Source: an uncultured Nitrososphaeria archaeon (GTDB lineage Archaea > Thermoproteota > Nitrososphaeria_A > Caldarchaeales > Wolframiiraptoraceae). From it: DNA of 64,000 nt. Below, piece by piece: positions 50,340 to 59,933 of the stretch. The notes beneath the pieces were generated by a model. The model saw only the letters and a list, made by a program, of their open reading frames with translations, was not told where the DNA came from and searched no databases. How positions within the stretch are numbered: the stretch's first letter is position 1; each line of letters begins with the position of its first letter. Location of the stretch: the NCBI GenBank assembly GCA_964655015.1, contig CAZZKR010000025.1, positions 10,064-74,063 on the forward strand. The letters are read 5' to 3'. A program made the position numbers and the translations under genes.

Positions 50340-50486
50340 GTGAAGGTCGTAACCGTTCACCTTCCAGAGGTTTACCTCGACGTGATAGACGAGCTTGTAA
50401 GAAGAAAGCTTTACCCCAACAGGGCTGAGGCAATAAGAACGGCAGTTAGAGATTTCATAATGGAGGAGATGCCGGCAAGTGAGTGA
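50340..50486 (+). CDS. Ribbon-helix-helix (CopG/CdrS-like) protein, 48 aa, translationally coupled to ftsZ
   Basis: Not in the ORF track. The GTG-initiated VKVVTVHLPEVYLDVIDELVRRKLYPNRAEAIRTAVRDFIMEEMPASE has an RHH beta-strand-helix-helix pattern. Its stop overlaps the ftsZ GTG start by 8 nt. Confidence 0.6.
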   Translation: MKVVTVHLPEVYLDVIDELVRRKLYPNRAEAIRTAVRDFIMEEMPASE

Positions 50487-51630
50487 GATTATGCTCCCTG
50501 GTTCTAATGATGTTGAAAGAGTTGACGGGATTCGTATAAAGCTAGTCGGTATAGGTGGTGCTGGCTGTAACACGATCAGCCGACTGGCATCACAGGGATT
50601 GAATGGTGTTGTAACGATCGCTGCAAACACTGACGTACAACATCTAGAGATGATTAGAGCTCATCACAAAATCGTGCTTGGAAAAAACACGACAAGGTTT
50701 AGGGGCTCTGGCGGAGACCCGGAAAAAGGTAGGATAGCAACCGAAGAATGCGAGGACGAATTTAGAAATTTGCTCAGCGACGCCGACATAGTTTTTGTGA
50801 TGGCAGGCTTGGGCGGTGGCACTGGTACTGGAGGTGCGCCTGTGATTGCTTCGATAGCAAAAGAGTTAGGGGCTATAGTTATCAGCGTAGCGACCTTGCC
50901 TTTCAAATTCGAAGGTAATGTTCGAAAGAGAATAGCAATACAAGGATTGCAAAGGCTAAAAGAAGTATGCAACACCGTGGTGCTAATAGATAACAATAAG
51001 TTGCTCGATTTCTATCCACAGTATGAGTTAAGGACTGCCTTCTCATTGGTTGACGATGTCATAAACAATATGATGCTTAGTATAACCGAGTCGATAGTGA
51101 AACCGAGCTTGATAAACATAGACTACGCAGATTTCAAAGCACTTGTTGAAAGGGGTAACTTGGCATCTTTAGGTATAGGCAGATCCTCGTCACCAAACAG
51201 GGCTGAAGAAGCCACTTTCAATGCCTTGCAATCACCGCTACTCGACATAACCTACGATAAGCTGTCGGGCGCAATAGTACACGTCACAGGTGGTGAAGAT
51301 ATGAAGCTGAGCGAAGCTGCAAGACCAGCAGAGATAATATCGGAGCTAATGGGCATGGACACTCTTGTAATATGGGGCGCGAGGATCGATAACTATTATG
51401 CTTCGAGCATACAGGTATCGTTAATACTCACGGGGCTTAGTGACAAATTCAGCAGCAGTGCTGAAATTGATGCTGTAAACTTACCAAAAACGAATGAGGA
51501 ATTCAAAATCCCACAACCTGCCGTCCCTGCTCAACCCACTGTCGACAATGAGTTAGAATATGAGTTAGAAAGAATAGTGGCCGAGCTCGGAATTAGAAGA
51601 CTTTCAATAGAAAATGCACACGCACACTGA
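50479..51630 (+). CDS. ftsZ: Cell division GTPase FtsZ
   Basis: 383 aa with tubulin/FtsZ signatures (GIGGAGCNTISRL and GGGTGTGGAPVIA), a T7-loop region and a C-terminal tail. Confidence 0.85.
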   Translation: MSEIMLPGSNDVERVDGIRIKLVGIGGAGCNTISRLASQGLNGVVTIAANTDVQHLEMIRAHHKIVLGKNTTRFRGSGGDPEKGRIATEECEDEFRNLLSDADIVFVMAGLGGGTGTGGAPVIASIAKELGAIVISVATLPFKFEGNVRKRIAIQGLQRLKEVCNTVVLIDNNKLLDFYPQYELRTAFSLVDDVINNMMLSITESIVKPSLINIDYADFKALVERGNLASLGIGRSSSPNRAEEATFNALQSPLLDITYDKLSGAIVHVTGGEDMKLSEAARPAEIISELMGMDTLVIWGARIDNYYASSIQVSLILTGLSDKFSSSAEIDAVNLPKTNEEFKIPQPAVPAQPTVDNELEYELERIVAELGIRRLSIENAHAH

Positions 51631-51661
51631 TCCAACTTTCAGACTTCCCTAATTTTATTTT

Positions 51662-53218
51662 TTATGCTAAACCAAGTTTTGCCATTTGTTTTGATATTTC
51701 GCCGTCAGTTACTTTTCTGAATAATGGCTCTGGTTTGTTAATTTTATGTTGCGGTTTAATTGGTATTCTGAACTCTTCCCATCTTACAGTTTCTGGAGTT
51801 AAGTTTAGGTTCATCATATTCATGAGTTTATGGGCTGTAAAAGGCAGATACGGTACCATAAGGACACAAAGTACCTTAACTACTTGCATCGCCGTGTATA
51901 TTGCTCTAGGCGCATTCTCCGCTACACTCCATGGCTTCATGTCATTCAAGTATCTATTCCCTAGCTGGGCTAGCTCCAGAATAATCTTTAAGCCAGACTT
52001 AAAACGACAGTTCTCCACTCTATTCTTAAACATGGCAGCTAATCTTTCCATATTTTCCAAAAGTTCTTTATCTTGTGACTCAAGCGCACCCGGATCAGGA
52101 ACTGCGCCCCCAAACTTTGTATGAACGAATAGCAACACTCTATGAATGAAGTTACCTAGTGTCGCTACGAGTTCATTGTTTATTTTTGCTTGGAAATCCT
52201 TCCACTTAAAGTCAGAGTCCTTAGTTTCGGGAGCTATTATCGCGGCGTAGTACCTAATTAGATCAGGCTCATAATTTTCAAGCATTTCATGGAGCCAAAT
52301 TACCCAACCTCTACTTGTTGAAAGTTTTTGCCCCTCTAGGTTCACGAACTCATTCACGACAACGTTATAGGGCAGAATGTAGTCACCATGCGCTATAAGT
52401 ATGGCTGGAAACAGGATTGTGTGAAAGAAAAGGTTGTCCTTTCCTATAAAACAGTAAAGCCTCGTCTCTGGATCTAACCAAAACTTTTTCCATGCATCCG
52501 GCTGTCCAACTTGTATGCTCCAGTCTTTAGTTGCTGATATGTAGCCCAGCAGATTTTCAACCCAGTTGTAAAGTACTTGTCCCTCTGCTCCGGGGAAGGG
52601 CGCGGGTGGTCCCCAATCATAATCCCTTGTTATGTCTTTGTCCTTTAGCCCCTCCTTCTCCAACCAAGATATGGTCTTATTATAGGTCGATTTTCTCCAG
52701 AACTTCTTAGGTTTCACATAATTAAGTACTTCCTGTGTCAAAGCAGACAGTTTTAGAAAGTAATGGTCCTTTTCCACAACTATTGGTTTGCCACCGCACA
52801 AGGTACAAACAGGGTCTATCAGCTCAATCGCCTCATACCAGCTTGCACACACCTCGCAAGCCTCACCATATTGGTCAGGCGCTCCACAGACTGGACATGT
52901 GCCCTTTACGAATCTATCAGGCAACACTTTTTCATCCTTTGGGCAATACCATTGCTTTATTCTTTTCTTGTAAATGTAACCTTTTTCCCACAATCTACTG
53001 TAAAACTCGTGCACTGTGTCGTAATGGATTTTTTTAGAAGTTCTGGAGAATATGTCGAAACTTATCCCAAGCTTGGCGAAGGTGTCTCTTTGAATTGGAT
53101 AAAACATATCACACAGCTGTTGCGGGGTCATGCCCTTTCTCATGGCTTCAAGCACAATGCTTGAGGCGTTTTCATCGGTTCCGCATACGAACAAGACCTC
53201 GTGCCCGAGCATCCTCAT
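51662..53218 (-). CDS. metG: Methionyl-tRNA synthetase. The track ORF starts at an internal ATG; the conserved N-terminus including the HIGH motif is encoded in-frame upstream to about 53341 without a start codon
   Basis: 518 aa with Zn knuckles (CPVCGAP…CEVC), KMSKS-region homologues and the anticodon-binding domain. The upstream in-frame translation reads …VLRILVTAALPYSYAPRHFGHLSGAYLPADIFARFMRMLGHEV…. Confidence 0.8.
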   Translation of the reverse strand: MRMLGHEVLFVCGTDENASSIVLEAMRKGMTPQQLCDMFYPIQRDTFAKLGISFDIFSRTSKKIHYDTVHEFYSRLWEKGYIYKKRIKQWYCPKDEKVLPDRFVKGTCPVCGAPDQYGEACEVCASWYEAIELIDPVCTLCGGKPIVVEKDHYFLKLSALTQEVLNYVKPKKFWRKSTYNKTISWLEKEGLKDKDITRDYDWGPPAPFPGAEGQVLYNWVENLLGYISATKDWSIQVGQPDAWKKFWLDPETRLYCFIGKDNLFFHTILFPAILIAHGDYILPYNVVVNEFVNLEGQKLSTSRGWVIWLHEMLENYEPDLIRYYAAIIAPETKDSDFKWKDFQAKINNELVATLGNFIHRVLLFVHTKFGGAVPDPGALESQDKELLENMERLAAMFKNRVENCRFKSGLKIILELAQLGNRYLNDMKPWSVAENAPRAIYTAMQVVKVLCVLMVPYLPFTAHKLMNMMNLNLTPETVRWEEFRIPIKPQHKINKPEPLFRKVTDGEISKQMAKLGLA

Positions 53219-53430
53219 GAATCGTGCAAATATATCGGCTGGAAGATACGCTCCACTAAGATGACCGAAGTGTCTCGGCGCATAGGAGTATGGTAAAGCG
53301 GCCGTTACTAGGATCCTTAGGACCCAACACCCTCCTGTTACATCCTAGAAAAGGTTTATTTAAACAAATCGTCAAATCGGCACGAACAAAAGCTATATTA
53401 TCAGCAGGGTTCCTCTAATTTTAACAAATC

Positions 53431-55287
53431 ATGAAGCTACTGATATTACATACGGACTTTGTCGAGTATGAGCCAGTGATGAGGGAAAGTAGGGTATTCG
53501 AAGAGGCAGAGATGGGACGTAGAAGACTTGAGGATATAATCTTAGTTCTTACGGCTGTGGAAGAAGGGGATGATGAGGCTGCGGTAGATAAAGCCGTGAG
53601 CGAGTTGAAGGAGTATTCATCAAAGGTTGGCAACAGGCGCATACTCATATACCCATACGCCCATCTTAGCAATAAACTCGCAACGCCGGAAAAAGCGTTG
53701 GAAATCATTCGCATGTTTAGGGGAAAATGTGAGACAGAAGGGATGGAGGTTTATACCTCGCCGTTCGGCTGGACCAAAGCTCTTTCTCTATCAGTTAAGG
53801 GACATCCTTTGGCTGAGCAGTTCAGATCAATAACGTCGGGAGTAGCTGATACTGTTTACATCCCAAAAGCCCTGATTATGGAAGAGAAGATAAGGTCGTA
53901 CTGGTACATATTGACGCCGGATGGGGAATTAATTCCAGTAGAATCCTTTGACTTTTCAGGGCATGAGGGCCTGAGAGCGCTCGCAGCATACGAAATGGCA
54001 AAATCAAGAGCAGTCTTACAGGCACCACCTCACGTCGATTTAATGAAGAAGCTAGAGATTGCGGATTACGAGCCAGGAAGCGACCTTGGTAACATGAGGT
54101 GGCCAGCTAAAGGGAGACTGATAAAATCCCTCATCGAGCAGTATGTGACTGAAAAAGTCATAGAGTATGGCGGAATGGAGATAGAGACGCCCATAATGTA
54201 TGATCTAAAGCATCCATGCTTAGAGAGTTATCTGAACAGGTTTCCTGCCAGACAATACATAGTAAAGTCCGATGATAAGGAATTCTTCTTAAGGTTCGCT
54301 GCATGTTTCGGTCAGTTCCTTCTAGCACATGACATGCAGATATCTTACAAACAACTTCCTGTTAGGCTGTATGAGTTAACGAGATATAGCTTCAGGAGGG
54401 AGAAAAGCGGTGAGCTAGTTGGTTTAAAGAGATTGAGGGCATTTACGATGCCCGACGTTCATGCGTTATGTGCTGATATTCAGCAGGCCAAAGAGGAAAT
54501 GTTACGCAGGCTTGAGTTATCGATAAATGTTTTGGAAGGTATCGGCTTAAATAAAGACGATTATGAGATGGCAATTAGGTTCACAAAAGATTTCTACGAA
54601 TCTAACAAGGAATTCGTGACAGAGTTGGTAAAGAGGTTTGGAAAGCCAGCATTGGTTGAGATGTGGGAAGAGAGATTCTTCTACTTCGTTCTGAAATGGG
54701 AATTTAACTTTATTGATAATTTAGGAAAGGCATCTGCTCTTTCTACGGACCAGATAGACGTCGAGAATGCAGAGCGTTACGATATAACGTATGTTGATCA
54801 ATTTGGAAACAAAAAACACCCGATAATTTTACACTGTTCACCAAGCGGTGCCATAGAGAGGGTTATCTATGCTCTCTTAGAGAAAGCTTACAAGGTTTAC
54901 AAGGAAGGTGGCAAGCCTATGCTGCCAGTTTGGTTATCGCCAACGCAAGTCAGGCTGATACCGGTATCCGACATCTTTGTGGAAGACTGCGTAATGCTGA
55001 GTGAAAGGTTAGAAAATGAGCAGATAAGAGTTGATGTGGATGATAGGTTGGAGACCGTTGAGAAGAAAGTTCGAGATGCGGAGACAGAGTGGGTTCCCTA
55101 CGTAATAGTTTTTGGAAAAAGGGAGAAAGAGTCCAACGTATTTTCCGTGAGGGTTAGAGAATCAGGTAGCATAAAGCAGATGACACTCGAGGAACTGATT
55201 AAGGAGATACGGTCAAAAAACTTTGGAAGACCTTATAAAAAGCTCAGCCTACCTAGACTGTTGTCTAAGAGACCGAGCTTTAGATGA
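53431..55287 (+). CDS. thrS: Threonyl-tRNA synthetase (archaeal type with N-terminal editing domain)
   Basis: 618 aa. An archaeal editing domain at the N-terminus is followed by a class II core and an anticodon-binding domain. Confidence 0.85.
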   Translation: MKLLILHTDFVEYEPVMRESRVFEEAEMGRRRLEDIILVLTAVEEGDDEAAVDKAVSELKEYSSKVGNRRILIYPYAHLSNKLATPEKALEIIRMFRGKCETEGMEVYTSPFGWTKALSLSVKGHPLAEQFRSITSGVADTVYIPKALIMEEKIRSYWYILTPDGELIPVESFDFSGHEGLRALAAYEMAKSRAVLQAPPHVDLMKKLEIADYEPGSDLGNMRWPAKGRLIKSLIEQYVTEKVIEYGGMEIETPIMYDLKHPCLESYLNRFPARQYIVKSDDKEFFLRFAACFGQFLLAHDMQISYKQLPVRLYELTRYSFRREKSGELVGLKRLRAFTMPDVHALCADIQQAKEEMLRRLELSINVLEGIGLNKDDYEMAIRFTKDFYESNKEFVTELVKRFGKPALVEMWEERFFYFVLKWEFNFIDNLGKASALSTDQIDVENAERYDITYVDQFGNKKHPIILHCSPSGAIERVIYALLEKAYKVYKEGGKPMLPVWLSPTQVRLIPVSDIFVEDCVMLSERLENEQIRVDVDDRLETVEKKVRDAETEWVPYVIVFGKREKESNVFSVRVRESGSIKQMTLEELIKEIRSKNFGRPYKKLSLPRLLSKRPSFR

Positions 55288-55508
55288 GTTGCCCCTCGCG
55301 AAGTTGCATACACTCAGTATACTTTTACATAAAATTTTGCATCAAGCAAATTTTATATACCAGATTTTGTATTTCCCACACCTAAGCGTGGAGGGTCTTG
55401 GCCGAAGAGGTTGGTCAAGTTCATCATACCGTTTACATTCTTCTTTAGCTTTAGTATTATATCTAGGCCAAAACCCTCTCTACGGCGTGTGAAGGTTGGT
55501 GTTAATTT

Positions 55509-56474
55509 ATGGTCAAAATAAAGTTTGCTATACCAAAAGGTTCGCTTGAAAAGAACACGTTCGAGTTACTAGAGAAGGCTATGTATAGGGTGCGCGGCCA
55601 GGATAGGACGTATAGGCCTGTTGTTGACGATCCAGAAATCGAACTTAAAATACTAAGACCCCAGGAGATTCCAATATTCGTTGCCGAAGGTTCCCAGGAT
55701 TTGGGTATAACTGGTGTCGACTGGATACGCGAGACCAATGCAGATGTCGAGGTGTTGATGGACTTAGAGTACGGTAGGGTTAAACTCGTCGTGGCTCTTC
55801 CTGAAAGTATGAACTTTAACTCATTGCCTGAGCTGTTTGAACATCACTGGAAAGAGGGCAAGATCGTGAGGATATCTACCGAATACTTGAACATAGCAGC
55901 ACAACACGTAAAAAGTTATGATGTGTACAAGAAGTGGTTTAAGGATGAGGAACCTCTTGTCATAACGCCTTGGTGGAAAAGGGGAACGAATCGCTTTGTG
56001 AGCATTTTCCTTTCGTTTGGTGCTACAGAAGCGAAGCCACCTGAAGATGCGGATGCTATAATCGATATTATCGAGACTGGCAGAACACTTGAGCAGAACA
56101 ACTTAAGACCAGTAGAGGTGATACTCGAATCATCAGCTGTTTTGATAGCGAACAAAAAGTCCTTAAACATGCCAGAGAAGCGCGAAAAGATACTGGACGT
56201 CATGACTATGCTGAAGGGTGTGATCGATGGTGGAAAGAAATTACATATATTCGTCAATGTAAAGGAGGAGAACCTCGAGCAACTTCTCAACAGTCTTCCA
56301 GCCTTGAAGAAACCCACGATAAGTCCACTGTCTGCTAAAGGTTGGTACTCAGTAAATACTATAGTCGATAAACAGCAATTCCTTAAATTATTGCCGACCC
56401 TAAGAAGGTTGGCTCAAGGACTCGTCGTTCACGAGCCCCAGTTAATACTCCCGCTAGAAGATATTCCGCGCTGA
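55509..56474 (+). CDS. hisG: ATP phosphoribosyltransferase
   Basis: 321 aa with periplasmic-binding-like fold motifs of HisG (…IFVAEGSQDLGITGVDWI…). First gene of the his cluster. Confidence 0.75.
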   Translation: MVKIKFAIPKGSLEKNTFELLEKAMYRVRGQDRTYRPVVDDPEIELKILRPQEIPIFVAEGSQDLGITGVDWIRETNADVEVLMDLEYGRVKLVVALPESMNFNSLPELFEHHWKEGKIVRISTEYLNIAAQHVKSYDVYKKWFKDEEPLVITPWWKRGTNRFVSIFLSFGATEAKPPEDADAIIDIIETGRTLEQNNLRPVEVILESSAVLIANKKSLNMPEKREKILDVMTMLKGVIDGGKKLHIFVNVKEENLEQLLNSLPALKKPTISPLSAKGWYSVNTIVDKQQFLKLLPTLRRLAQGLVVHEPQLILPLEDIPR

Positions 56475-56480
56475 CGTGAA

Positions 56481-57587
56481 ATGTGTATGAAAAGAATGAA
56501 CACCAGAACTTGGTTAAGGAATAGGCTGAATAGATTAAGTATGCTTGAGCCATATACGTTTCCTGAGCTGTGGAACAGTAGTATTGGATATTCTGAACCG
56601 TTGATAAAGCTCGATGCGAATGAAAATTATTTCATCCCAAAAGAGCTCATCTCGAGAGCGTTGCAGGAGGCAGTTTCTGAAGTAGACCTTAGATTCTATC
56701 CAGTAGCTGAGTACAGGCAGCTTACGGAGGCGCTTGCGGAAAGGCTGAATGTACCTCCTGAGTACATCGTGCTTGGAAGCGGTAGCAGTCAACTTATTGA
56801 CGCTATAATTTACTCTTTTGCAAAGCGAGATGGCAAAGTAATTTCACTAAAACCGTCCTTCTCGTTATATCGCATGAGGGCGAGGGTGCATGATGCTAAG
56901 TTTGTTGAAGTGCCGCTAAATGACGATTTTTCGATGAATAATGAGAGCGTACTTAAAGTTGCTGGGAATTCGGGCGTGATCTTCATATGTTCGCCAAATA
57001 ATCCCACCGGTAACCAGTTTTCGCAAAAATCTGTACTCGATGTGGTGGAGTCTTTTCCGGGACTTGTTGTTGTTGATGAGGCTTATGCAGACTTCGCGGA
57101 TTTTTCGCTCATAACAAAGGTTTTAGATTATCATAACTTAGCGGTTCTCAGAAGTTTCTCAAAGACCTACGGTCTTGCAGGCGGAAGGCTAGGCTACTTA
57201 GTAGCAAATGCTGAGTTGGCAGAACTCTTGAGGAGTAGAGTGCTCCGACCGTACAGCGTTTCTAGCGTTACGCTTAAGACCGCTCTAAAGCTACTTGAGA
57301 AATATGATACAATACTACAGTGTATTGAAAAGTTAAAAGAAGAAAGGAGGATATTCTATCAAAAATTAAATAGCTTAAACGATGTCAAAGCTTTTGACTC
57401 TAAAGCCAACTTTGTGTTTGTTAACATATTGAACGACGATGGTTCATTAGGAGATAAACTTGCGTCGCGAAGAATTTACATACGAAAGGTTGGCAAAATT
57501 TTTACCGAGGGTTTCGCTTATAGGATAACTGTGGGTTTGCCAGAAATGAATAATGTTTTGATTGAGGAGTTGAAGATGCTAATATGA
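56481..57587 (+). CDS. hisC: Histidinol-phosphate aminotransferase
   Basis: 368 aa, PLP class I/II; LDANENYF…, SPNNPTG… and SFSKTYGLAGGRLGY. Confidence 0.85.
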   Translation: MCMKRMNTRTWLRNRLNRLSMLEPYTFPELWNSSIGYSEPLIKLDANENYFIPKELISRALQEAVSEVDLRFYPVAEYRQLTEALAERLNVPPEYIVLGSGSSQLIDAIIYSFAKRDGKVISLKPSFSLYRMRARVHDAKFVEVPLNDDFSMNNESVLKVAGNSGVIFICSPNNPTGNQFSQKSVLDVVESFPGLVVVDEAYADFADFSLITKVLDYHNLAVLRSFSKTYGLAGGRLGYLVANAELAELLRSRVLRPYSVSSVTLKTALKLLEKYDTILQCIEKLKEERRIFYQKLNSLNDVKAFDSKANFVFVNILNDDGSLGDKLASRRIYIRKVGKIFTEGFAYRITVGLPEMNNVLIEELKMLI

Positions 57588-58786
57588 GCGAATCGGCTTA
57601 TAGTGCTCTGGAGATCAACGGACGGCACGTCAAGATAAAAGAAGGCATTAAAGAATCTTTAGCAAACGTTGACGCTATAATATTTGACTGCGATGGGGTA
57701 CTCATAGACATTAGAGACTCATACAATAAAGCTATACACAAAACAGTAGAGTACATTTTTTCAATAATGCCGGTTGACGTCGACGGGCCGATAACGACGG
57801 ATACTCAGATTGACGCTCTTAGAATGTGCGGTGGTTTTAACAACGATTGGGATACGACATATGTGTTGAGTGAGTGGACGTTTTTGAACATGCCCAAAGA
57901 ATGTGTTAAGTATTTTTCAGATGCAATGAGTAACTTAGAAGTGAGCAGCTCGTTAACTGATATGATAAATTTCTTATCGAATAGCTTCAGGAAAAATAGA
58001 TGTAAGATGTCGCTTCAAGAACATCGGGACAAGTTTATAGAAATGCTCCGCAAACTCATGAAGAGTAAAACTTACCTCGACCGATATGATATCGACACCA
58101 TAATGGATATGATTGCTGCCGAAAAGGAACTCACAAACGAACTCCGCCAATTTAGGAAGTTTCTGGGCTATCCGGGAAACTTCGGAGAATGTCTTTTAGT
58201 AACGGTCTTTGATGAGCTTTTCTACGGCGCAGAGGGTGTGGAGGCAGTATACAACACAAAACCGTTTTTCTTTAACGGTCCCGGCCTCTTCCAGAATGAG
58301 AAGCCATTAATTAAGGAGGAGACTTTAATAAAACTGCAGAAAATAGTCGGCCATTCCAGAATGACGATTGCTTCCGGTAGAGATAGGTGGTCGGCGAAGA
58401 AAGTCTTAGGAAAGTTGTTTGAATATTTCAACCAAGAGGCAGCCGTGTTCTTGGCTGATGAGGTTCGTCTCATAGGTCAGGAGGCTCAGAAGGTGGGGAA
58501 ACCAGATCCATATTCTCTATTTAAGGCAGCATCTTACTTGCTACCTAAGGGAAATGTCTTGTACGTTGGCGACTCTGCAGAAGATTTGCTGACGACGAAA
58601 AATGCTAACAAACCAATGAAGAGGTTTATATTCGCTGGCATATACGCGAGTAGTGATGCACCGAACCTAAAGATTGAGCATTTTATGGAAAGGGGTGCAG
58701 ACATCATAATACCTAGTGTGAATGAGCTTCCAGAACTTCTCATGTATGCTAAGGAGGGACAGACATGGAAAGAAGGGCGACTGTAG
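57584..58786 (+). CDS. HAD-superfamily hydrolase embedded in the his operon (candidate histidinol-phosphatase)
   Basis: 400 aa with HAD motif I (IIFDCDGVLID), a large cap insertion and C-terminal motifs (…VGDSAEDL…). Overlaps the hisC end and the hisB start. Confidence 0.5.
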   Translation: MSESAYSALEINGRHVKIKEGIKESLANVDAIIFDCDGVLIDIRDSYNKAIHKTVEYIFSIMPVDVDGPITTDTQIDALRMCGGFNNDWDTTYVLSEWTFLNMPKECVKYFSDAMSNLEVSSSLTDMINFLSNSFRKNRCKMSLQEHRDKFIEMLRKLMKSKTYLDRYDIDTIMDMIAAEKELTNELRQFRKFLGYPGNFGECLLVTVFDELFYGAEGVEAVYNTKPFFFNGPGLFQNEKPLIKEETLIKLQKIVGHSRMTIASGRDRWSAKKVLGKLFEYFNQEAAVFLADEVRLIGQEAQKVGKPDPYSLFKAASYLLPKGNVLYVGDSAEDLLTTKNANKPMKRFIFAGIYASSDAPNLKIEHFMERGADIIIPSVNELPELLMYAKEGQTWKEGRL

Positions 58787-59340
58787 AAAGAAGGACGTTG
58801 GAATCAAACATTTTTGTGGATGTGTTATTGGATGGGCAGGGCACCGCAAAATCCAAGACCGGTATAAAATTCCTTGACCATATGATAGCGACGCTGGCAA
58901 CACATAGTATGATGGATGTGGTCGTGGAGGCGACGGGCGACCTTACACATCATGTCGTTGAGGATGTGGCCTTAACACTTGGTTCAGCTATCTCAAAAGC
59001 GCTAGGTAATAGAGAAGGCATCAAAAGATTTGGTTACGCTATCATAGCCATGGATGATGCCTTAGCAGTGGTGAGTATTGACTTGGTCAAAAGACCGTAC
59101 GCCATCGTGAAGCTCAAGATAGATGGTCTGCAAATTGAGGATGTTGCAAAAGAGGACATTTATCACTTTTTTAGGTCGCTTGCATTCTCGCTTGAGGCTA
59201 CGATGCACGTGCTAGTGCTTTATGGCGAAAACGATCATCATAAAGTTGAGGCGGCTACAAAAGCTTTGGCAATATCCTTAAGACAAGCCATATCGTTTGA
59301 TGAAAGAAGAAGACAAGCTAGTGCGAAGGGAACGCTTTGA
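58765..59340 (+). CDS. hisB: Imidazoleglycerol-phosphate dehydratase
   Basis: 191 aa with IGPD motifs (…GIKFLDHMIATLATHS…HHVVEDVA…). Confidence 0.85.
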   Translation: MERRATVERRTLESNIFVDVLLDGQGTAKSKTGIKFLDHMIATLATHSMMDVVVEATGDLTHHVVEDVALTLGSAISKALGNREGIKRFGYAIIAMDDALAVVSIDLVKRPYAIVKLKIDGLQIEDVAKEDIYHFFRSLAFSLEATMHVLVLYGENDHHKVEAATKALAISLRQAISFDERRRQASAKGTL

Positions 59341-59933
59341 GGATAGTTATATTAGATTATGGTGTGGGGAACCTCTACAACATAAAGCATAGCTTGGTTA
59401 GGCTCGGTGCTAATCCGGAGATATCATCCGAGATAAAAACACCGTTAGATGCTCTAGTATTGCCCGGTGTTGGTAATTTCGTTGTAGCATCTAAAATAAT
59501 TAAAAGCAAAAAACAAATACTTGAGGAGTTGAAGGAATCTGGTCTACCTATCTTAGGTATTTGCTTGGGCATGCAATTATTTTTTGAATTTAGCGAGGAG
59601 GGAAACGGTCAAGGACTCTGCTTCTTGGAAGGCAGGATCGTTAGATTTCCAAAAAACGTTAAAACACCGCAAATAGGTTGGAATACTGTAAAGGTGAAAT
59701 CCTATCATGAAATCGTTGACGGTTTACGTGACGAATTTTGGGCATACTTCATACATTCATATTATCCGCAGCCAAAGATCACATCAACAATAATGGCTGA
59801 GACAGAGTATTTCATAAGATTTCCTTCGATTGTAGCAAAGGGAAATATCGTTGGAACACAATTCCATCCGGAGAAATCTTCGGTTGATGGTTTCAATATA
59901 TTGAGGAATTTCCTTAGAATGTGTAGGGTGTGA
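59337..59933 (+). CDS. hisH: Imidazole glycerol phosphate synthase, glutamine amidotransferase subunit HisH
   Basis: 198 aa class I GATase; GICLGMQ catalytic Cys, and His/Glu near the C-terminus (QFHPEKS). Confidence 0.85.
   Translation: MRIVILDYGVGNLYNIKHSLVRLGANPEISSEIKTPLDALVLPGVGNFVVASKIIKSKKQILEELKESGLPILGICLGMQLFFEFSEEGNGQGLCFLEGRIVRFPKNVKTPQIGWNTVKVKSYHEIVDGLRDEFWAYFIHSYYPQPKITSTIMAETEYFIRFPSIVAKGNIVGTQFHPEKSSVDGFNILRNFLRMCRV

Noticed and set aside
55223-55492. 89-aa ORF in the thrS-hisG intergenic region
   Set aside because: It spans an AT-rich promoter-like spacer, has low-complexity composition and no recognisable domain.
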